Positions 39,193-56,936 of a stretch of DNA of 64,000 nucleotides are shown here, in pieces. The DNA comes from Dictyostelium discoideum. Taxonomy: Eukaryota. The stretch covers positions 3,840,001-3,904,000 of the forward strand of contig CM000151.3 in the NCBI GenBank assembly GCA_000004695.1, in the 5' to 3' direction. Position numbers and translations under genes: made by a program. Numbering within the stretch: position 1 is the first letter of the stretch; each line of letters opens with the position of its first letter. The notes beneath the pieces are model-generated. The model had not been told where the DNA came from. It saw only the letters and a program-made list of their open reading frames with translations, and ran no database searches.

Positions 39193-39928
39193 CGCTAACT
39201 TTTTTTTTTTTTAATTTTTTTAATAAATAATTTTTATTAGAATACAGCGTTTGTATCTTTTTTTTAAAAAAAAAATAATAAAAGGTAGGTTAAAAATAAT
39301 ATATTAATTTTTAAAAAAATAAAAAATAAAAAAAATAAATAAAAAAAACGATTTAATTATAGTGCCCATTCTTTGGAGAGAAATTAGTATTATCAATTGA
39401 ATCAATGCATTTACCAGGTAGAGGTGAAGTTGAAAATGCTTTGAAATGTGATGCAGAAACATTAAAACAAAGACATGTTGACTTTATTGACATTGCAAAT
39501 GATCAACCAAAGGAATACATTAAAGAGGAAGATCCAAAAATATTTAAATCAGTAAAAACAGAAAGAGGTCCATTAGATGATCCAAAATGGAGAGTACATT
39601 ATCTTTTAAGTTTTATTTTTTTTTAGAAATTAAATTGTATTAACCTAATAATTACCAAAAAAAAAAAAAAAAAAAAAAACAGGACAAAGTTGAACCAGTA
39701 ATGACATGCTATAAATTAGTTCATGCAGAATTTAAATATTGGGGTTTCCAAACTAAAGTTGAAAATGTTATCCAAGATACAGGTGTAAGAGATGTACTAT
39801 TAAAAGCACACAGAGCTTTATTTTGTTGGATTGATGAATGGTTTGGTTTAACAATTGAAGATATTAGAAAAATTGAAGAAGAAACTAAAGCAGAATTAGC
39901 AAAGGTAATTTTTATTTTATTATTATTT

Positions 39929-39960
<32 letters not shown>

Positions 39961-40037
39961 GTTTTATTTCTAATTAATTTATTTATTTATTTATTTATAT
40001 ACAGAAATTAGAAGAAAATAAAGCTGCAAATAAATAA
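38722..40037 (+). CDS. Phosphatidylinositol transfer protein (class I PITP alpha/beta-like); five exons about 38722..38738, 38862..39130, 39379..39593, 39683..39904, 40005..40037
   Basis: It is near-collinear with human PITPNA. ORF 38866.. reads MVLPLTVEEYQIAQLY...GGEGIEIIKNEPF...KGQYTEKIIYL...KAWNAYPYCKT. Human starts MVLLKEYRVILPVSVDEYQ, so the first 7 aa are missing here. A 17-nt micro-exon ATGTTAATTAAAGAATA (MLIKEY) with a GTATGT donor sits 123 nt upstream. Spliced to acceptor ttttag (38860-38861), it yields MLIKEYRMVLPLTVEEYQ. The remaining exons are joined by GTATGT, GTACAT and GTAATT donors and give ...EDPKIFKSVKTERGPLDDPKWR | DKVEPVMTCYKLVHAEFKYWGFQTKVENVI...LFCWIDEWFGLTIEDIRKIEEETKAELAK | KLEENKAANK. 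Confidence 0.78.
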
Positions 40038-40120
40038 ACAAAACATTATTGAAAAAAAAAAAAGATAAAATTTAAAAGCAAATGAAGAAATTCTATCTGT
40101 TTTTATTTTATTTTTCCCAA

Positions 40121-40244
40121 AACAAATCAAAATAAATCAAATCAAATCAAATCAAATCAAATCAAATCAAAACCAATCAAAACAAAACAAAACAAAACAA
40201 AATAAATCAAATCAAAACAAAACAAAACAAAACAAAACAAAATT
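40121..40244. repeat. Compound microsatellite (AAATCA)n / (AAAACA)n in the 3' intergenic region
   Basis: Direct reading. Confidence 0.9.
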
Positions 40245-40323
40245 AATAAAGGTGTTATATGTAATTAAATTAAGTTAGATTCAATCTGCTACTTTATTTA
40301 TTTTTTTTTTTCCCCTTTCATCA

Positions 40324-41047
40324 TTACCATTTCTCAGAAATGATTTTAACGGAATTTAAATAAGAAAGTAATGGGAAATTTTGTTGTAAATAAGAATTTC
40401 CTTCTGAATATATTAAAGATTGATCAGGTTCTTCACCATAACCACCATAAAAGTTTAAAGTATTATTGAATCCTGAAATCACTTTACCAAATGGACTGAA
40501 ACCTGCAGAATCAAGGAAAGAATTATCTGCATAATTTATAAATAATTGAGTAGTTCTACAACATGCTTGATTATTTTCTTCTTCTGCTGCAAATGTAATT
40601 GTACCTGCTGTATTTGAAATAACTACTGGATCATTTGGTATTGTAATATTCCATTTATCATTTAATGATGAATCTGGTGAAATCTTTATTTTATTTATTT
40701 ATAGTTTATACACATTTTTAGCTTTTACTCCTCTTTTTCATTATTTATTATTTTTTATTTTTTTATTTATAATTTATTAATTATATTATTATACATACAC
40801 CAAATTGAGCAACAAATAATGGAGTTTGAATAACTCTAAAGAATGCATTATCAGTATAGAAACCATCTTGAACTAATGCATAAAATCTATCACTACCATA
40901 TGGTGAATAGGATCTATTTACAAAAATCTCAACATCACCTTTACTTGTTGAAAATACAACATTATATGTTTGTGGTGATTGTTGACTTATTACTATTCCA
41001 ATAAATGATAAAATAATAAATAATGATGTAATATTAAATTTATTCAT
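40324..41047 (-). CDS. Secreted cyclophilin-like protein (signal peptide plus divergent peptidyl-prolyl isomerase fold); exons about 40799..41047 and 40324..40683
   Basis: Exon 1 reads MNKFNITSLFIILSFIGIVISQQ (hydrophobic signal) ...NAFFRVIQTPLFVAQFG (cyclophilin F-H-R-V-I...Q-G-G motif). A GTATGT donor is in phase 0 and the acceptor is aaaataaag. Exon 2 reads ...NTAGTITFAAEEENNQACCRTTQLFINYADNSFLDSAGFSPFGKVISGFNNTLNF (compare GtLSMANaG.nTNgSQFFIt...LDgkhvVFGkV.eG). The catalytic residues look degenerate. Confidence 0.6.
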
Positions 41048-41368
41048 TTTGTTTTTTTTTTTTTTTTTTTTGTTTTTTTGGTTGGAAAAATGAAAATTAA
41101 AAATTAAAAATTAAAAAAAAGGAAAATAGCAGAAATAAAAAAATAATTAAAAAAAAAAAAAAAAAATTGGAATAGAATTTCTGTGGATTGTTATGAAAAT
41201 AAAAATAAAAATAAAAAAAGATTTGTGTTGGTGTGGTAAAATTAAAAATTGAAACATCAGGATATCTTTTTTTTTTTTTATTATTTTTAAAATAATTTTA
41301 TTTAATTTGTTTTAATTTGTTTTTTTTAATTTTTTTTTTTAATTTATTTTTAATTTATTTTTAATTTA

Positions 41369-46140
<4,772 letters not shown>

Positions 46141-46218
46141 CTTTTATGAATGTGTAATATAATTAAATGATCTTTCAATTGTTGAAATTTTTCATTTTTT
46201 GAAAATTTTCAAAATCAA

Positions 46219-46261
<43 letters not shown>

Positions 46262-46670
46262 TTTTATTTTTACTTTATTTTTGTCACGATTATTTTGGAA
46301 ACTTTATAAAAATCTCAAAAAAAAAAAAATAAAAATAACTTAAATCAATCATTTATATTTCAAAAAAAAATATATGAAAGTAAAAAATAAAAAAAAAAGA
46401 AAATATTAAATAAATAAATGGAATGGTTTAAAATGATAAAAGATTGTTTTCAAAAAAAAAAAAAATAAAAAAAAAAAAAAAAACAATTTTGTAATCTCAA
46501 ATAATCATTAATATTATATTTATTTATTTATTTTTTTTTTTTTTTGTTTTTAATAATTTGTTTTTTTTTTATTTGTTTAATTTCTTTCTTTTTTAAGAAT
46601 AAATTTTTATCTTTTTTTTTTTTTTTTATTTGTTTAATTTCTTTCTCTTTTTTTTAAGAACAAATTTTAA

Positions 46671-46709
<39 letters not shown>

Positions 46710-46748
46710 TAAAACAATGTCTGGAAAATAGATTTTGGTTTAATTAAA

Positions 46749-46784
<36 letters not shown>

Positions 46785-46871
46785 TGTTCTGGGCAAACAC
46801 AAAACCAAAAAGTTTATGATTTTTTCTATTTTTTTATTTTTTTTTTCCACTGTGTTTTAGCCTGGTCATAC

Positions 46872-46902
<31 letters not shown>

Positions 46903-47022
46903 AAAATTTAATTTTTATTTTTATTTTTTTTTTTTTTTTCTAATTTTTTTATTTATATTTATATATATATTTTATCTTTTTATTTATTCTTTATCGAATA
47001 TCATAATTAAAAGAATAAAACA

Positions 47023-48186
<1,164 letters not shown>

Positions 48187-48366
48187 ATTTATTTAAAAAA
48201 AATAATAAAATAAAATAATAAAATAAAAATAAAAATAAATAAATTATAAATAAAAATATCGCATGTAATAAACTCATACAAAAGAAAAAGAAAAAAAAAA
48301 AAAAAAGAGAATTTCTGTTCTATTTACAAATTTTTTTTTTTTTATTTTACTTTTTGATTGATAATT

Positions 48367-48791
48367 TCATATATTATTTTCAAAAATACCATTTGGTTGT
48401 TGTTGTTGTTGTTGTTGATTTTGGTGGTTTTGTTGTTGTTGATGATGATTTGTATTTTCACAGTTAAATTCGTTAAAATCAGAAATAATACCTAATAATC
48501 TACCAGTTTGTAATTGTTTTTGTTCAGCTACACCTAATGCTAAAGCCCAATCTTCAAGTTTTTGTGTATGTTGTTTTAATTCTTCTTTTGAATATTTTGA
48601 TAGTTCGTTGAATTTAATTTTAAAACTATCATCCACTAATGGATCTAAAAACTCCACTAATTGCTTTACTCTATCATCCTAATAATATTAAAATTATTTA
48701 TTATTAATATTAATATTATGAATTTCTTTTTAAAACGATTATTTATTTATTTATTTATTTATTTTTTAATATATACATGTGTGTCTGACAT
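48367..48791 (-). CDS. Hypothetical small protein (about 108 aa) with a 5-codon first exon; exons about 48777..48791 and 48367..48678
   Basis: ORF 48367..48657 has no ATG and its frame stays open upstream to an acceptor tattattag (48679-48680). A 15-nt exon ATGTCAGACACACAT (MSDTH) with a GTATAT donor lies 98 nt upstream in matching phase 0. Product reads MSDTHDDRVKQLVEFLDPLVDDSFKIKFNELSKYSKEELKQHTQKLEDWALALGVAEQKQLQTGRLLGII... No family recognised. Confidence 0.33.
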
Positions 48792-49249
48792 TTCATTTAT
48801 GATTAATGTCAAAACAAAAAAAAAAAAAAAAAAAATCCAAAAAAAACAAAAAAAAAAAAAAAAAAATTAAAAAATAACAATTAACAAATAATAAATTATA
48901 ATTTTAAATTTATTTTTAGTTGTTTTATAACATGTTACTTTGAATAAAAAAATTATAATAAATAACTTATTAATTTTTTTATTTTTTTATTTGTTTTTTG
49001 TCATTTGTTATTTGTTATTTGTTATTTCTATTTTAATTTGAAAATTACAAATAACAAATAAAAAATAAAAAATAAAAAATAAAAAATAATCTTAAAGTTA
49101 ATTACTATTATTAAATTGATAAGAAAAAAAAATAAAAAATAAAAAATAAAATTTTTTATTTTAAAATTATTATTTATTAATTTTTTATTTTATTTATTTA
49201 CTTTTAAAATTAAAAATTTTAATTAATTAAATTAAAAAATTAAATTATT

Positions 49250-49965
49250 TTAAAATTGACCAGTTTTAATTTTTGGAGACATTGGTTTTTCATTCAACCA
49301 ATCACTTCTTTTTTCAAATTTGGTAGTTTTTCCATCACTATCTTTTTTGATCATAATTTCTTCTTTTTTGATTAATTTTGGAGAGTTGAGACCAGTTGTT
49401 TGAGTCATTTGAGTAGTGGTTTGAGTGAATTCAGAAGCCATTTTAGCACCCTTTGAAATGGATAGGATTGGTGCTGGCATTGGTTTAACATTGAGTACAC
49501 AACTATCGGATTTTTGTAAGATAATTTCAGGAGTACCTTTGAATTCAGAGATTCTAACGATTGGTTCACTTCTAAAGAGTTTAATTAATGGTTCTTGTTG
49601 AGAGACATTAATATTTGGTGGAGTTGCAGCTGCGAATGAAACCATTGGTTTTGAGGATTGAATTTGAACTTCTGGTTTTTGTTGATTAATGATAACTGAT
49701 GCTTTTGGTTGGTTTACACTAACCATTGGTTCTCTTTGAATAAATTCAACTCTTGGTGCCATTTGATTCACATCAATGATTGGTGCATGTTGATCCAAAA
49801 AGATTCTTGGTGCTGGTTGTTGAATTTCAACTTGTGCTGCTGGTACTGTAACTTCAGCTCTTAATGATTTTTCAACAACATCCAAATCTGTTGCATTCTC
49901 TTTAATGATAATTTCTGGTGGAACTTCATAGACATTAATATTGTCCTTACCTTATTTTTTAAAAA

Positions 49966-49997
<32 letters not shown>

Positions 49998-50260
49998 AAA
50001 AATATTTTAGTTTAAAATTATTTTTAAATAAAAAATATTTAAATATTAAATTATAATAATTATTTACCTTCATCAACTTTAATTTGAGTTTGTTGTTTTT
50101 CAACTAATACTCTTTGTCTTGGTTGTTCTAATTTAATGACACCATCATCATAATTGTTAACCCAAGTTTGTTGTTTAACAATTTTAGTTGTGGTTTTTTC
50201 ATTATCAGAGAAACGTGGAGTACCTTTTTGGCAAGTGGTTTTAATTTGATTTAAATCCAT
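49250..50260 (-). CDS. Periodic P-x-[IV]-x-[IV] repeat protein A (about 275 aa); exons about 50068..50260 and 49250..49950
   Basis: ORF 50060..50260 ends ...KVDEG with a GTAAAT donor in phase 1. The acceptor aaaaaataag (49951-49952) opens the frame of ORF 49250..49885. The product is built of roughly 11-residue units such as QPAPRIFLDQ / HAPIIDVNQ / MAPRVEFIQ / REPMVSVNQ / QKPEVQIQS / QEPLIKLFR / SEPIVRISE. It is a paralog of the divergently transcribed gene at 51057. Confidence 0.55.
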
Positions 50261-50264
50261 TGTT

Positions 50265-50295
<31 letters not shown>

Positions 50296-51025
50296 AGAAA
50301 TTTATTGTAAATAATTGTTTATTTTTATTATTTATTAGATTGTTATTTGAGTGAATGAATTAAAATTTTTTTTTTTTTTTGTTTAAAAAGAAAATCAAAA
50401 ACATAGTAAAATTTAACTTTGAAAAAAAATGTGTTTTTTTTTTTTTAGATCTCTAATAACCACCATATTAATTATAGATTGATATTTTATTTTGGATTTT
50501 TTTTTTTTTTTAATTAAAATTAAAATTTAATTTCCTATTTTAGATATTAGAAAAAATTAAAAAAAATAAAAAAATAAAAATAAAATTAAATTTTTTTTTT
50601 TTTTTTTTTTTTTACTAAAATAGATTTTTACTTTTATTTTATTTTTTTTATTTTTTTATTTTTTTTTACTAAAATATTTTTAATTGGGACAATAGATATT
50701 TTATTATGTTTTTTTTTTTTTCTTTTATTTTTGTTTTTTTATTATTAATAAAAAAAAAAAAAAAATAAATAAAAATAAAAAAAAATTTAAAAATAAATAA
50801 ATTAAATTAAAATGATAATATCGATCTTTTATCAAAACATTTAAGAGATTTAAGTAAAAAAAAAAAAAAAAAAAAAAAGGTTTGTTTTTATAGTTTATAA
50901 AAAAATTTTTTTTTTTTATTTTTCCAAGTTTCATTTTAATAAATATTTTCTAAATAAATATATAAATATAAATATATAAATTTTTTAAATAAAAAAAATA
51001 TAATTCATAGTAATTTTTAATCTAT

Positions 51026-51056
<31 letters not shown>

Positions 51057-51057
<1 letters not shown>

Positions 51058-52813
51058 TGGTTGAAAAAGTTTATTCAAGTTCACCAAAGCAACAAGCTGA
51101 TGAAAGAGTTTATTCAACAACAGGAAATGCTGGAACCTATAGGGATAGCTACGATATTTCAGTTAAACAACAACCAGCTCATTTAACATTTGATCAAACA
51201 CCAATGTATTTAGAATTGAATGAAATCGCTAAACATATTTCAGTGGAGAGAGCTCAACCAACCGTTAACATTGGTCGTGCCGCCGATTTAATTCAAGTTA
51301 AACAAGAACCAGTTCAAGTCCAAGTTCAACAAAATGCAACCGATGTAAATGTTACCACTGAACAACAAGTTATCGAAGTTCAACAAGTTGCTCCAGAAGT
51401 TGAAATTGAACAATATATGCCAAAATTCTATCTTAAAATGCCACCATTCCGTGTTCATTTGGAAATGGACGGTGCTCCTGAAATCATTATGGAACCATAT
51501 CAACCTTCCATTAAAGTTAAACAATCTGATCCAATCGTTCGTGTAACTAAACCTGATCCAAGAGTTTTAGTTACTGAAAATCCACCAAAAATTGATATCA
51601 TTCAAAATGCTTCTTCTGTTGATGTTATTCCTTCAACTAAAGCTTCTGTAAGTTTTAATTATTTTAAAAAATCTTATATATATATATTAATAATTATACT
51701 AACTTTTTTTTTTTTTTTTTTTTTTTTTAAAATTAATAGATCCAAGTTAAAGAAGATAAACCAAAGATTACTATTCAAGAATATAATCCAACAATGACAT
51801 TTAGAGAAGGTGAAACTAAATTTGATTATAAATCATTCCAACCAGAAGTTCAATGGGAGAATCCAACACCAAAGGTTACAGTTTCACAAGGTGAACCAAC
51901 AATTAGAGTTTCACAAGATACACCATCAATCGGACTTAAGAATAGAGAACCATCAGTTACTATCAATACTAAAGCACCAAAGATCGATGTTCATCATCAT
52001 CCATTATCAGTATCTGTCGTTGAGCCAGCTACAACTGTTCATTTCGGTAATCCAAATAGCTATGCTGCCGCTGCCGCTCATCAACCACATGAACATAATT
52101 GGGAAGAAATTAAAGCAATTAAAGTTGACCAACCATTAGAGAAAATCGGTCATTTCTATTCCCCATCTGAAAAGACCCTAACTTCATTCAATTTATGGAA
52201 AAACATATTAACCTCAACTGAAAAAGTTATTGCAAACAAAGGTGTTGGTAGAAATTTCTTTACCCTTATCGACACTCATGAAAATAAAATCTGTGAATGT
52301 TTCAAAGAGGATTTAGGTCTCCACAGATTCAATCTCAACATTCGTTCTTCAACTGGTGACCTTTTATTCAAAGGTGAATCTCAAGGTCGTACACTTAAAC
52401 TCTTTGATACTCAAGGTACTTTATTCTGTACCGTTGAATGTAGTAAAGATCAAGTAGAATGTTTCAATGATAAAGGTCAATTATGTTTCAATTTATTACC
52501 AAATTCTATGAAATGGTTCTTTGATATTAGAAACAAAGGTTAGTAGTATTATATTAAATTTTAATTTATAATAATAATGTTTTATATATAATTCTCTCTC
52601 TAATACATTATTCTTTTTTTTTTTCTTTTTCTTTTTTTTTAATTGTAATAAAAACTAATACTACCAATTTAGCTCAATCAACAATTGGAGCACTTAACAA
52701 GAATGGAAGTAAAACTGGAGGATATATGATGGATTTCCCAAGAGATTTAATTCCAAATGATAAGATGTTATTAATTTCATCTATGTTCTTAATTGATGAT
52801 TGTTTCGAATAGA
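51057..52813 (+). CDS. Periodic P-x-[IV]-x-[IV] repeat protein B with a C-terminal tubby-like/LURP-one-related-type beta-barrel region; exons about 51057..51647, 51740..52538, ~52674..52813
   Basis: A GTAAGT donor follows ...IPSTKAS at 51648 and the acceptor is aattaatag (51738-51739, phase 0). The frame runs into ORF 51794..52543. A GTTAGT donor after ...IRNKG and the acceptor accaatttag add AQSTIGALNKNGSKTGGYMMDFPRDLIPNDKMLLISSMFLIDDCFE. The repeat units match gene A: EPVQVQVQQ / APEVEIEQ / QPSIKVKQ / DPIVRVTK / DPRVLVTE / PPKIDIIQ / PTPKVTVSQ / EPTIRVSQ / EPSVTINTK / APKIDVHHH. The C-terminal about 200 aa (GHFYSP...FNLWKNIL...FTLIDTHENKICECFKEDLGLHRFNLNIRSSTGDLLFKGESQG...) resembles the LOR/DUF567 fold. 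That assignment is tentative. Confidence 0.55.
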
Positions 52814-52977
52814 CAATATTCTGAATGCTCAATTCTCAACAATTAAATTAATTTTTAACAATTTTAAAAGTTAAAATAAAAATAAATATAAATTTCATAT
52901 AATATTAAAGTTTGTTTTTTATTTATTTATTTATTTATTTTCTTATTTTTTTTTTTTTTCTTATTTTTTTTTTTTTT

Positions 52978-54924
52978 TTATATATTTTCAGTTATGTTTT
53001 GTTGAATTTGTTGATCAATTGGTTCCTGTTGAACAAGATCTTGATCTTTTGGAGGTTGGTCTAAGTTTGATTCTTGCTCTATTGCTAGTTCTTGTGATTG
53101 TTGTTCAATTGCCATTGAATCTTGTTGTTGAGTTGGTTGTTGTGGTTGTTCAATTGACATTAATTCTTGTTCTTGTTGTTGTTGTTGTTGTTCTTGTTGT
53201 TGTTGTTGTTGTTGTTGTTCTTGTTGTTGTGGTTGTTGTTGTGGTTGTGGTTGTGATTGTGATGGAACAATAGAATGAGTTTGTGGTAAAGAAGGAATAG
53301 TGGATAATTGTTGTTGAGTTGGTTTAATTAATTTTTTAACAATTTCTTGATAATATACCCTACCTTGTTTTGAAGTATAATTTGTAGAAACTTTTTGAAC
53401 AACATTTTGAACATAAGACTTTGAAAGGAATAAACCTAAATTATGAATGATAGTCTCAACATCTTCTTCTCTAAGGTAGTTTACTCTATTCAAATCAAAG
53501 AAATGGAAAGACTCTAAAACCTTTGCTGATTCATCGACTTGTGTGCCAATGGTGGTTGATGTTGAAGAAGAAGCATTACTAGTTACAGAAGATCTTTGAT
53601 TCTCTGCTGAATTTCTGTTACTATCATCTTTATTAGATAGATTTGGAGAATTAATTGATGATGATGATGTATTACTAGTATTAGTATTATTACTACTATT
53701 ATCATTATTGTTATAATTATTACTCTCAATATTATATTCATTATTATTATCATTTTGATTATTATTTTCATTTTGATTATTATTATTATTATCATTATTA
53801 TTTATTTCATTATTATTATTATTATTATTATTAATATTATTAGTATTATTATTTAATCCCTCATTTAACTCACCTTCAATTTGAACTGGCTCATTGTTAG
53901 TGTTAGTTAGTGTATTGTCCCCTATAATCTCACCATTTTCAGTATTATCAGTGGAAGATTCTCCATCCAATTTAACCTTTTTATCAGTAACTCCACAAAC
54001 ATCTTGTTGTGGTGATTTCTCTGTACTCTTTCTATTTCCATCCAAAGAAGAACTATCAGTTGGTTGATTAGTACCATTGTTGTTATTATTATTATTATTA
54101 TTATTATTAGTATTAGTATTATTTGAAGTATTGATTTCACTATTTTCACCCCTAAAAGCATGATTATCATCTCTCTTTCTCTTTAAGGTTGTATCAGTAA
54201 TTTCATCAGATTCTTGGCTTGTTGGTCTATAATTTACAATTGAAGTTAAAATATTTGTACCCATATCTCTACAAAGCATTAAATAGAATAACTCTGAAAA
54301 TAAAGATGCTTCAAATGTACCCTCATGTGTATCGGATTCATCATAATCTAATAAACCATCAAGAGATAACATCATTGCCTTATATCTATTACCTTCTGAT
54401 GATGGTGTTATGACATTATAAAACTTTGAAGCCTTTGGTAAATGTAATGATCCATGAGTTGTTGTTGCTGTTGCTGCTGTTGTTGTTGGTACTGCTGCTG
54501 CTGGTTTAGTTGTATTTGAAGTTGTTGATGATTTTGGTGGTTGATTTTGTTCAGTATTACTAGAAGTTTCATCATTATCAAAATCTTTTGAAACATGATC
54601 TTTTGGAGCTTGATCTTCCTCCTCTTCTTCTTCAGTAGTTTTAGTAGTAGCGGTAGTAACTCCAACAGGAGCTGATGGTGTTGTTTCAGAAACTGTTGGA
54701 ACTTTTAATAAGGAATCAACATCCATTGGTTGAATATCAGTGATATCTGGTACATATATAACGGTAATCTCTTGGTAATATGATTGTTCTTCAGTTGGTG
54801 GTCTATAATAATGAACTTCCATAAATTTATACCATTTTTTGCATCCACTTAAATCAATTTGAGTATATTCTTTAGTTGTACGACTATATTTTTATTAATA
54901 AAATTAAATAATATTAGTAAATTT

Positions 54925-54976
<52 letters not shown>

Positions 54977-56936
54977 CAAATAAGCACACATACATTGCAG
55001 TATTAATTAAAGTTTGAGGATCATTAACATCTTCACCATCTAAATCTGGTAACCAAGTACCACCAATACAAGAGATATCTTTATCTTCTTTAGAAACTAA
55101 AAATTTAATTTTCTTTGTAATTGAAGGATCTTCAATATTTGAGTAGAAAGAATATAACATTACTTTTGAATTATATTTGATATGAGTTGTTGATTTATTA
55201 AGTTGTTGTTGTTGTTGTTGCTGTTGCTGTTGTTTACTGAAGGAAGTTTTATGGATATCAACTTTTTCAAAACCAAAATCCTTAATATCAATTAAGAATG
55301 GTATATTTTGATTTACCTCGATACGTTGTTGTGGCTCTTCACCACCAGTTGAATCGATCCAACTTGAAACTAAACGAGTGAAATCTGGTGAAATTTGTAA
55401 ACGACTGAATATATTTTTCAATGATGAATAGTCATAGTTCTCTTGAGTGAATTGATGTGATGGTATCTTTGTTGAATATTTCTTATCACCAGACGAGGTT
55501 GATGATGAAGATGATGATTCTGTTGATTTTCTACTTTCCTTTTCATAATCTTTTTTAGATGATGATGTTGATGAAGATGATGTTGATGAAGTTGATGAGG
55601 ATGAATATGAACCTTTATCACGATATTTATTAGTGAAATCACCTCCACTTCTATTACCACCACCACCGCCACCACCGCTATAATCTCTACTACCACCACC
55701 ACTATAGCCATCTTTACTTTTATAAGATTTCGATCTATTTATACTATTATTATTGTTATTATTGCTATTCATATTATTACTACCTTTACCCCATGATGAT
55801 CCACTACCTCTAGGGAAATCTTTGATATTAATTCCCATAACAGTGTTGCCACTATTATTTTGATTATTATTTTGATTATTATTTTGGTTATTGTAGTTTT
55901 GGTTTGAACTATTTCTATTATCATTTCCCATATTATTGTTATTCATTGTAGTAGTATTATTATTCATATTATTCATATTATTCATATTATTCATTCCCAT
56001 GTTATTCATACCACTGCCCATATTCATATTGTTATTCATGTTATTATTATTATTATTCATATTATTGTTACTCATACCACCCATATTATTCATATTATTA
56101 TTATTCATGTTACTATTCATGTTACTATTCATGTTACTATTCATGCTACTATTCATGTTATTATTCATATTATTATTATTCATATTATTATTCATATTAT
56201 TATTATTCATATTATTTCCCATTGGTCTATTACCACCTCCACTTACAACTCCACCTGAAGATTGTTGATTTGGTGATGTCCTATTAACCAATGTATTATT
56301 ATTATTATTATTGCTATTGTTATTGATATTATTATTATTGTTGTTGTTATTTTGTTGGTTCATTCTTGGGTCATATTGGTTATAATTATAGTTTTGATAT
56401 TTATTGAAATTTTGATTACCACCACCACTGCTACCACCACCCATATTATTCATATTGTTATTATTATTCATATTATTATTCATGTTATTATTGATATTAT
56501 TATTATTCATATTATTATTATTATTCATATTATTATTCATATTCATAGTGTTATTGAAATTTTGGTTTCCCATATTTCCACCACCACCACCACCCATATT
56601 ATTATTCATATTATTCATATTATTCATATTGTTCATATTGTTCATATTGTTCATATTATTATTATTATTATTCATACCCATATTACCACCCATATTATTA
56701 TTATTCATACCCATATTGCCCATGCCACCCCCCATATTATTCATATTATTACTATTATTATTATTATTATTATTATAGCCTTGGTTGCTATTATAACCTT
56801 GGTTACCACCACCACCACCACCAAATCTTTGTTGGTTCATGTTGTTGTTATTATTATTATTATTATTATAAGGATTATATCCTCCTTGTGGTTGTTGAGG
56901 TTGTTGATATTGGTTTGTTTGTTGATTCCAATCCAT
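52978..56936 (-). CDS. DBC1/CCAR-family protein (DBC1 inactive-Nudix-like domain plus EF-hand-like C-terminal region) with a very long N/M/G-rich low-complexity N-terminus; exons about 54994..56936 and 52978..54883
   Basis: ORF 54849..56936 ends ...[23 protein letters not shown] then a GTATGT donor (phase 2). The acceptor is aaaaatatag (54884-54885). The joined sequence is ...[51 protein letters not shown], which matches the DBC1-domain core (human KIAA1967/CCAR2: GGPWSPSLDG...TAIR...TGIDLSGCTKWWRFAEFQYL...VVVYLPD). Downstream comes [33 protein letters not shown], which is EF-hand-like. The N-terminal 500 aa consist of (MNN)n, poly-N and G-runs. Confidence 0.62.

Noticed and set aside
39363-39378. 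Stronger-looking acceptor (ttatag) for PITP exon 3, which would add CPFFGE
   Set aside because: Exon 2 ends in phase 1, so this acceptor gives VPILWREISIIN* (stop). Only the AG at 39377-39378 is frame-compatible, unless the sequence carries an indel.
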